A program made the translations under genes and the position numbers. The notes under the pieces are model-generated. The model ran no database searches and had not been told where the DNA came from. It worked only from the letters and a program-made list of their open reading frames with translations. A stretch of DNA of 32,000 nt from the NCBI RefSeq assembly GCF_936981045.1, contig NZ_OW441264.1, positions 420,001 to 452,000 on the forward strand. The letters are read 5' to 3'. Of this stretch, positions 1 to 5,926 are shown one piece after another; position 1 is the stretch's first letter, and every line of letters starts with the position of its first letter. This stretch comes from Candidatus Saccharimonadota bacterium (lineage in GTDB: Bacteria; Bacteroidota; Bacteroidia; Cytophagales; Amoebophilaceae).

Positions 1-161
1 ACTCTGGCAGGATTACCTCCTACGATTGCATAGGCAGGTACGTCAGAAGTTACGACTGAGCGGGATGCAATGATCGCACCATTTCCAACATCAACACCCG
101 GCATAAGTAACGCTTCATATCCAATCCATACATCATTTCTAATGACAGTATCTCCTTTATA
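1..161 (-). pseudogene. Fragment of a hexapeptide-repeat (left-handed beta-helix) CatB/Vat-type acetyltransferase; its 5' part is removed by IS982 copy A
   Basis: The minus-strand translation reads [54 protein letters not shown], a typical hexapeptide acetyltransferase pattern. The frame is cut at 161/162 by the IS terminus and runs off the window edge. Confidence 0.55.
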
Positions 162-267
162 ACGTGAGTTCGGGATTAGCTTGTTAAAAAATAGCTTTAA
201 AAAGCTCCTTTGTGTTTTAAATTTGGAGATAAAAAAATACTAACCAGATTACCCAAAGGAGCTAGTT

Positions 268-516
268 ATGAATGTAGAAAAGTTAGTTGAAATATATTAT
301 GCTGTTGATGAATTTCTCATAAAGTTTATGCCGTATATGGAAAAACAACTGTTAACCAACTCTAAAAGAAAACCCACTAGAACTTGTTCATTAACTTTGA
401 GTGAAATAATGACTGTTCTTATTGCCTTTCATGTGATTGGTTTTAGAAATTTTAAGTCTTATTATATTCATTTACAGCAATTTCATTCTAGTAAATTTGG
501 AAAGTTAGTAAGCTAG
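268..516 (+). CDS. IS982-family transposase, N-terminal segment ending at a conserved in-frame TAG
   Basis: The 82-aa ORF starts MNVEKLVEIYYAVDEFLIKF, an IS982-like N-terminus. It is in the same frame as 556..1149 and is separated from it only by TAG at 514-516, where family members have SY-NRFVEL. Confidence 0.7.
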   Translation: MNVEKLVEIYYAVDEFLIKFMPYMEKQLLTNSKRKPTRTCSLTLSEIMTVLIAFHVIGFRNFKSYYIHLQQFHSSKFGKLVS

Positions 517-555
517 AATAGATTTGTAGAACTGATCCAAAGAACGTTAGTTCCC

Positions 556-1149
556 TTGTACTGTTTTACACAAAGTCTTTCTAAAACAAAAACAGGTTGT
601 TATTTTATGGATGCAACAGCCATCAAGGTTTGCCATATCAAAAGAGCCTATACGCACAGGGTTTTTAAATCGATTGCTACTAAAGGTAAAACCAGCATCG
701 GTTGGTTTTTTGGATTAAAGTTGCACTTGATAGTCAATGATTTAGGAGAAATTATGAATTTTCAACTGACCACAGGTAAAACTAATGATAGGCTTCCTGT
801 AGAAAATTTGTGTAAACACTTGATGGGTAAAATGTTTGCCGATAAAGGTTACATAAGCAAAGATTTATTTGAAAAACTGATCGAGAAAGGCGTGGAACTC
901 ATTACCCAGATCAGAAAAAATATGAAAAATTCTTTTATGCCACTTTGGGATAAACTGATGCTTAGAAAACTATCTATAATTGAAACTATTATAGATCAGC
1001 TCAAAAATATTAGCCAGATAGAACATTCCAGGCATAGAAGCATACCTAATTTTCTAGTCAATTTGATAACTGGAATTACAGCTTATGCACTAAAAGAGAA
1101 AAAACCTTCTATAACTAATATATATATGACTGGTTCACAATACGTCTAA
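556..1149 (+). CDS. IS982-family DDE transposase, catalytic segment
   Basis: The ORF contains MDATAIKVC, ADKGYIS and RxSIIETIIDQLKN, the DDE-type motifs of IS982/IS4-like transposases. The upstream in-frame residues NRFVELIQRTLVPL continue the homology. Confidence 0.8.
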   Translation: MYCFTQSLSKTKTGCYFMDATAIKVCHIKRAYTHRVFKSIATKGKTSIGWFFGLKLHLIVNDLGEIMNFQLTTGKTNDRLPVENLCKHLMGKMFADKGYISKDLFEKLIEKGVELITQIRKNMKNSFMPLWDKLMLRKLSIIETIIDQLKNISQIEHSRHRSIPNFLVNLITGITAYALKEKKPSITNIYMTGSQYV

Positions 1150-1163
1150 TCCCGAACTGAGGT

Positions 1164-2038
1164 TACTATTAAAAATGGCTGATCAAGAAGTAGTTTATCT
1201 ATGCAAATAGAAACCAATTTGTATCAACGTCAGTCAGGTGCCATCACTAATTTTGATCAACAATTACCTCCCACACACGCCGCCCTAGGCCAGGCTACCC
1301 TAAAAAATCCTTGTTTATTTGACTTTCTAAGTCTTGGGGATGAAGCCCATGAAAGAGAATTAGAAAAAGGACTCGTTGCACACATTGAAAAATTTCTACT
1401 TGAATTAGGTGAAGGATTTGCCTTCTTAGGGCGTCAATATCATCTTCAAGTTGAAGAGCAAGATTTTTGTATAGACCTATTATTTTACCATATTAAGCTT
1501 GGTTCTTTTATAGTTATAACGTGAGTTCGGGATTTATTTTACTGATTTACAACAATTTAATATCAATTATTTAGTTAATATTTGCACCTATTTAAGAAGT
1601 TTTTATATCTAATTTTATAAATATAATATATATAATAAACTGATTATCAGAATTATTTATTATTCAACTACCTATTTAACTGTCTATAAAACAAATTTTA
1701 TAAATTTTTATTAATATTGATTATAAAATGAATAAAATAATCTAATCCCGAACTCACGTTTATAGAGTTGAAATCTGGAAATTTCAAGCCTGAATATGTA
1801 GGAAAAATGAATTTTTATCTTTCTGCTGTGGATGACTTATTACGCCACTCAAACGATCATCCTTCTATTGGGTTAATTCTATGCCGATCTAAGGTAGGCG
1901 TTTTAGCAGAATATACATTACGTGATATAAATAAGCCGATAGGCCTTTCAACATACAGACTTACTAAGAATTTGCCTGAAAAATTACAAAAAGTGCTTCC
2001 AACCATTGAAGAATTGGAAGCAGAACTTGTTAAGTTCG
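1164..2038 (+). pseudogene. DUF1016/YhcG-like PD-(D/E)xK nuclease gene: 5'-truncated by IS982 A, split by MITE 1, 3' end replaced by an IS1634-like fragment
   Basis: The two halves carry FLLELGEGFAFLGRQYHLQVEEQDFCIDLLFYH and ELKSGNFKPEYVGKMNFYLSAVDD. There is an in-frame TGA near 1179 where a W is expected (KNG*SRSSL). The N-terminal ~150 aa are missing. Confidence 0.75.
1519..1759 (+). mobile_element. MITE copy 1 (241 bp, IS982-type termini)
   Basis: The element runs ACGTGAGTTCGGGATT...AATCCCGAACTCACGT with a non-coding AT-rich interior. It is flanked by a 5-bp direct repeat TTATA (1514-1518 and 1760-1764). Confidence 0.85.
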
Positions 2039-2201
2039 TATTCCGCACCAGGATCATAGATAAATTTTAATTTAATCTTTTATAAACTAATTGGATTGAA
2101 TTTTTCTGTCATTAGCTTACTAATGTATTCGAATGTTAAAAGAAGAACAAATTATAGGCAGCTTAGTCCTAGATCATTTAGAATTAATTTCCAGTGTAAT
2201 A
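2039..2201 (+). mobile_element. 5' fragment of an IS1634-like element (partial left end plus the first 21 codons of the transposase)
   Basis: The segment is near-identical to 14471..14634, including ATGTTAAAAGAAGAACAAATTATAGGCAGC. It is cut at 2201/2202 by MITE 2. Confidence 0.7.
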
Positions 2202-2442
2202 ACGTGAGTTCGGGATTAGATTATTTTTTCATTTGATAATCAATATCAATGAAAATTTATAAAATTTGTTTTATTAGACAGTTCAATAGGTAGTTGAATA
2301 ACAAATAATTCTGGTAATCAGTTTATTATATATATTATATTTATAAAATTAGATATAAAAACTTCTTAAATAGGTGCAAATATTAACTAAATAATTGATA
2401 TTAAATTGTTGTAAATCAGTAAAATAAATCCCGAACTCACGT
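2202..2442 (-). mobile_element. MITE copy 2 (241 bp, inverted orientation)
   Basis: It has the same termini and the reverse-complemented interior of copy 1. Its flanks (GTGTAATA / TGTTACTC) show no target duplication. Confidence 0.85.
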
Positions 2443-2533
2443 TGTTACTCTTTTTTCCTATTGCTAGAAAGTGTTGTCAGAAAGCTAAACGGATACAAAG
2501 TATTACAAAACAATAGATCTATTAGACCTTAAC

Positions 2534-3558
2534 TGTTTAGTCCCAAAGTGTAGTGATATATTCTACGAAAGTGGTATATTTTACTTATCCTTAGCAAGTA
2601 GAGAACAATTATGGGACAATTATTACACGGCTGCGCCAAAACGACAATTAGAGTTCGTAAAGACATACAAGAGAGTACACAGAGTCTAGCTTCCCTTGCA
2701 CGACATTACGGCATCAACATAAAAACCGCTTCAAAATGGAAAAATCGTTCATTTTTTGAAGATGTAGCCATAGGACCTAAAGAGCGAAAATCAACAGTTT
2801 TAACCAGAGAGGAAGAAGGTATAACTATTCCTGTCGTAGGCATGCCCTTCTACCGTTAGATGATTGTCTATATGCGCTGCAAATAGTTATTCCGCATTTG
2901 ACTCGTTCGAGTTTGCACCGTTGTTTACAACGGCATGGAATAAGTTGTTTGCCTGAATCTGTAGAGAAAGAACATACAGCTAAAAAGAAGTTTAAAGTAT
3001 ATCCTATTGGTTATTTCCATATCGATATTGCAGAAGTGAGTACTGAAGGAGGCAAATTATATTTATTTGTAGCCATTGATCGAACCTCTAAATTTGTTTA
3101 TGTGGAGCTACATCCCAAAATGACTAAAATGATAGCTGCAACTTTTCTCGAAAATGTGATTAAATCGACTCCTTGTAAAATACATACTATACTCACAGAC
3201 AATGGGATCCAGTTTTGTAATAGGCAAAAAGATCGCCACAGTTTTGTACATATTTTCGATCTAGTCTGTTTAGCCAATGGAATTGAGCATCGTCTCACAA
3301 AAGTGAACCATCCCTGGACAAATGGACAAGTGGAACGAATGAATAGAACTCTTAAAGATGCTACGGTGAAAAAATACTATTATCAATCTCATGAGCATCT
3401 AAAAACGCATCTTTATCATTTTATTATAGCTTATAATCACGCTAAACGGCTTAAAACACTTAAGGGACTTTCACCTTATGAGTTTATTTGTAAGCAGTGG
3501 GAGAAAAAGCCTGAATTATTTCATACTAATCCTTACCACTACACTTTGGGACTAAACA
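2534..3558 (+). mobile_element. IS481-family insertion sequence (1025 bp)
   Basis: It has perfect 22-bp IRs, TGTTTAGTCCCAAAGTGTAGTG at 2534-2555 and its reverse complement at 3537-3558. A 6-bp direct repeat CTTAAC lies at 2528-2533 and 3559-3564. Confidence 0.9.
2611..2859 (+). CDS. IS481-family transposase, N-terminal HTH part (frameshifted from the catalytic part)
   Basis: The ORF contains SLASLARHYGINIKTASKWKNR, an HTH-like segment. The +1 frame continues as RRHALLPLDDCLYALQIVIPHLTRSSL into the next ORF, so a single frameshift near 2825-2835 splits the gene. Confidence 0.7.
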   Translation: MGQLLHGCAKTTIRVRKDIQESTQSLASLARHYGINIKTASKWKNRSFFEDVAIGPKERKSTVLTREEEGITIPVVGMPFYR

Positions 3559-3563
3559 CTTAA
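2898..3563 (+). CDS. IS481-family transposase, integrase-core (DDE) part
   Basis: The ORF carries YFHIDIAEV, LTDNGIQF and HPWTNGQVERMNRTLK, the rve/integrase core signature. The ORF reads through the right IR, and its TAA stop (3561-3563) lies in the flanking target duplication. Confidence 0.8.
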   Translation: MTRSSLHRCLQRHGISCLPESVEKEHTAKKKFKVYPIGYFHIDIAEVSTEGGKLYLFVAIDRTSKFVYVELHPKMTKMIAATFLENVIKSTPCKIHTILTDNGIQFCNRQKDRHSFVHIFDLVCLANGIEHRLTKVNHPWTNGQVERMNRTLKDATVKKYYYQSHEHLKTHLYHFIIAYNHAKRLKTLKGLSPYEFICKQWEKKPELFHTNPYHYTLGLNT

Positions 3564-4302
3564 CCACCCATAGATTTATCGCAGTGCCTAATGGTACCTT
3601 GCTGCCTGGTGCGGGCTTTTGGCGCATAACGGTACCGATGGTTGTATGGTTGTTTGTAACATGATGCAATACTCCTATCCGCATCCCCTGCTCGAGTAGT
3701 ATTAGATGCGCTTCCTCTAAAGGCATTGCTAGTACATTTGGCACCTCAATGATTTGGTTGCCTAATCCACCGCTAACGACTAAATCAATCTTTGATCCTT
3801 TATGAATCAGTTTGCCAGGAGGTATAGGATGGCGATTATGCCATTGTTCTAAAACAGCAAATTTTGTAACGTCAGGGACATACTTGATCTTACCTAATTT
3901 TAATCCCTTGTCCTGCAGGAGTAATTTTGCCTGTTTAATAGAACCTTCAATAAGGTTGGGCATGGATACAAGTGGCGGATTTTCTGCATTTAGGGTCAAA
4001 TAGATTTTTCTGTTTTGCTTCACCCAAGCACCTGCTGCAGGAAATTGTTGTAAAACGGTAAAGGGAGGTAGTTGTTCAGAGTAACCATTGTTATCGGTTA
4101 TAACGTAACGCAAATGAGCTTTGCTAAGCTTTTCATCTACTCCCTCTAAGTGTACACCTGTTAGATCAGGTACTTGAACGATTTTACCTTGATGGGTAAT
4201 ATAAGGCAATACGATATAGAAAAAGATATATAGCATTGTTATACTTAAGCAAAACATGCACACAAGGTGTTTGAATATCTTTTTTAGCTTTTCCTTGTTC
4301 AT
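3526..4302 (-). CDS. PASTA-domain protein with an N-terminal TM anchor and three PASTA repeats; the C-terminal tail is encoded by the IS481 end
   Basis: The N-terminus is hydrophobic (FCLSITMLYIFFYIVLPYI), followed by three repeats of the VPDLTG/VPNV...G pattern. The last ~10 codons (3526-3558) are IS481 IR sequence. Confidence 0.8.
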   Translation of the reverse strand: MNKEKLKKIFKHLVCMFCLSITMLYIFFYIVLPYITHQGKIVQVPDLTGVHLEGVDEKLSKAHLRYVITDNNGYSEQLPPFTVLQQFPAAGAWVKQNRKIYLTLNAENPPLVSMPNLIEGSIKQAKLLLQDKGLKLGKIKYVPDVTKFAVLEQWHNRHPIPPGKLIHKGSKIDLVVSGGLGNQIIEVPNVLAMPLEEAHLILLEQGMRIGVLHHVTNNHTTIGTVMRQKPAPGSKVPLGTAINLWVVKCLVPKCSGKD

Positions 4303-5687
4303 ATATCTGAGGTTAGTGCTGCTACAGAAGTAGAAAAATTTCTTTTGGTGTACCCATATTGAATAATGGCATCTATAAAATCAAATGGTGCATAGCCATT
4401 TAAGGCACATTGGTGAAAAATACAGGTAGCTGGTGTCATAGCAGGTAACGCATTGATTTCAATCACCCAAACTTCTACTTTTTGATGGGCATAGATTTTT
4501 ACAAAGGCATCTATTCTGGCATAGCCTTGTAGATTTAAAGCTTCTGCAATAGTTACCAGTTGGCTCTTGACACTTTTGCTAATCATTGCAACTGCTTTAG
4601 GATCGCTATGAAAACGTGCCGGGGTAATATTATGCCCTTCTCCTGCTAAAAATTTCTCTTCTAATGAAAGTATCGCATCTGCTGCTATGGTTTCTGATGG
4701 TTCAAAGACTTCATAGAAGGTGCTGCCATTAGGATCCATATGGGTCAGTAAGCCCGTTGTGGTTTCTAAACAATGAAGGCTTTCTGGATCTTTTTGGATC
4801 AGCGCTTCTAGCAGAAATCGTTCTTGCTTAGGAATATAGTCTGCTGCATGCAACCCCAATATTTGCATTAGATCAACGGAAATCAGCGGTTTATTTCTAA
4901 AACTAGCCGATGCATAAGCAATCAACATGGCGCTATAGGTGATGCGTACAACCCCTGCACTACAACCGTCATCTACTGGTTTGGCCATAATAGGATAAGT
5001 AAACGCCTCCTCTATCGTATGGATAGCGCCATCCTGATCATACGTCCAATCTTTTTTTGTGATCAAAAGCTGTTGTGCAATGGGAAAGCCCTTTTGAGCT
5101 AAAAATTGATTGGTTGCATACTTATCGATGGTTAAGGCAGTAGTGGCTATACCAGATCCGTTATAAGGTATATCATAGGCCTCTAGTATCCTTTGCAAGG
5201 TGCCATCTTCTCCAGGTCTACCATGCAAGGCTATAAAGATAAAATCTACTCTTTCTTTTAAGGCAGGAAAGGTAAGTTCTTCCGGTGTAAAAATAGCATC
5301 TTTTGCATAATTTTTTGTAATAGAGGCAGCTTCTTGCCTAATAGAGGCTACTAATGCTTCTGATTGATGCAATATAGTTGGATCTAAGAGCGCATCATGG
5401 ATATCATCTGCATTATCTTTTAACAACAGGGAAGCAGGTAGTGTAAAAATACGATAAGCCTCCCTAGAGCCAGATAAAAAAAGTGGAAGGGGCTCATATT
5501 TGGTAGAGGCAGCCAACTTACTATAGACATTCCGTCCGCTTTCTAATGATATATGTCGTTCGGGCGTAAACCCGCCCATTAGCACACCTATTTTTTGGTT
5601 CACCACTTTTCTATTCCTTAAGTTGATACATTGCCCATTCAGCTCTATGGCTAGGTTACAAAACAAGCCAAAAAGAACAGTTTCCAC
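4299..5687 (-). CDS. ddl: D-alanine--D-alanine ligase family ATP-grasp enzyme (long form)
   Basis: Motifs seen are KIGVLMGGFTPERHISLESG, ALHGRPGEDGTLQRILEAYDIPYNGSG and VIEINALPAMTP. The true start may be the GTG near 5606. The stop overlaps the PASTA gene start in an ATGA arrangement (4299-4302). Confidence 0.8.
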   Translation of the reverse strand: METVLFGLFCNLAIELNGQCINLRNRKVVNQKIGVLMGGFTPERHISLESGRNVYSKLAASTKYEPLPLFLSGSREAYRIFTLPASLLLKDNADDIHDALLDPTILHQSEALVASIRQEAASITKNYAKDAIFTPEELTFPALKERVDFIFIALHGRPGEDGTLQRILEAYDIPYNGSGIATTALTIDKYATNQFLAQKGFPIAQQLLITKKDWTYDQDGAIHTIEEAFTYPIMAKPVDDGCSAGVVRITYSAMLIAYASASFRNKPLISVDLMQILGLHAADYIPKQERFLLEALIQKDPESLHCLETTTGLLTHMDPNGSTFYEVFEPSETIAADAILSLEEKFLAGEGHNITPARFHSDPKAVAMISKSVKSQLVTIAEALNLQGYARIDAFVKIYAHQKVEVWVIEINALPAMTPATCIFHQCALNGYAPFDFIDAIIQYGYTKRNFSTSVAALTSDI

Positions 5688-5926
5688 TCAGCCTTCTTGA
5701 AACATTACCTTAAGACAAGAAAAAATACCCCTTGTAAAAAATTGCGATGAGCAAGTAGACCAGCTGAGGCGCAAAACAGTTTAATTAGAGCCGCATGGCG
5801 GCTTCTGTTTTTCCTGATGTGCTTTCAGCAACCTTTTCCATCAGCGCTTGATTTTTGCTTACTTTTTGATCAAACAAACCGTAAAATACAACTTCTTTAG
5901 GCCGGTTCTAATTCATTATTATCAGG

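Larger units (their letters stand above)
162..1163 (+). mobile_element. IS982-family insertion sequence, copy A (1002 bp)
   Basis: The termini are ACGTGAGTTCGGGATTAG (left) and CTAATCCCGAACTGAGGT (right), forming imperfect IRs that start with AC as is typical of IS982. The interior is near-identical to copies at 9639, 18778 (reverse) and 20581. Confidence 0.9.

Noticed and set aside
514-556. Programmed -1/+1 ribosomal frameshifting between the two IS982 ORFs, as in IS3 or IS1
   Set aside because: Both ORFs are in the same frame (268 and 556 are both frame 1) and are separated by a single TAG. There is no frame change and no slippery heptamer, so this is a nonsense or readthrough question rather than frameshifting.
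1164-2038. The DUF1016/PD-(D/E)xK nuclease as an active restriction or defence gene
   Set aside because: It lacks its N-terminal third, has an internal TGA, is split in the catalytic motif by a MITE, and has lost its 3' end. It is a pseudogene with no partner genes.
1857-4003. Small antisense ORFs 1857-2057 (-), 3098-3298 (-) and 3812-4003 (+)
   Set aside because: Each lies opposite a motif-supported coding frame (the DUF1016 fragment, the IS481 transposase and the PASTA gene respectively).
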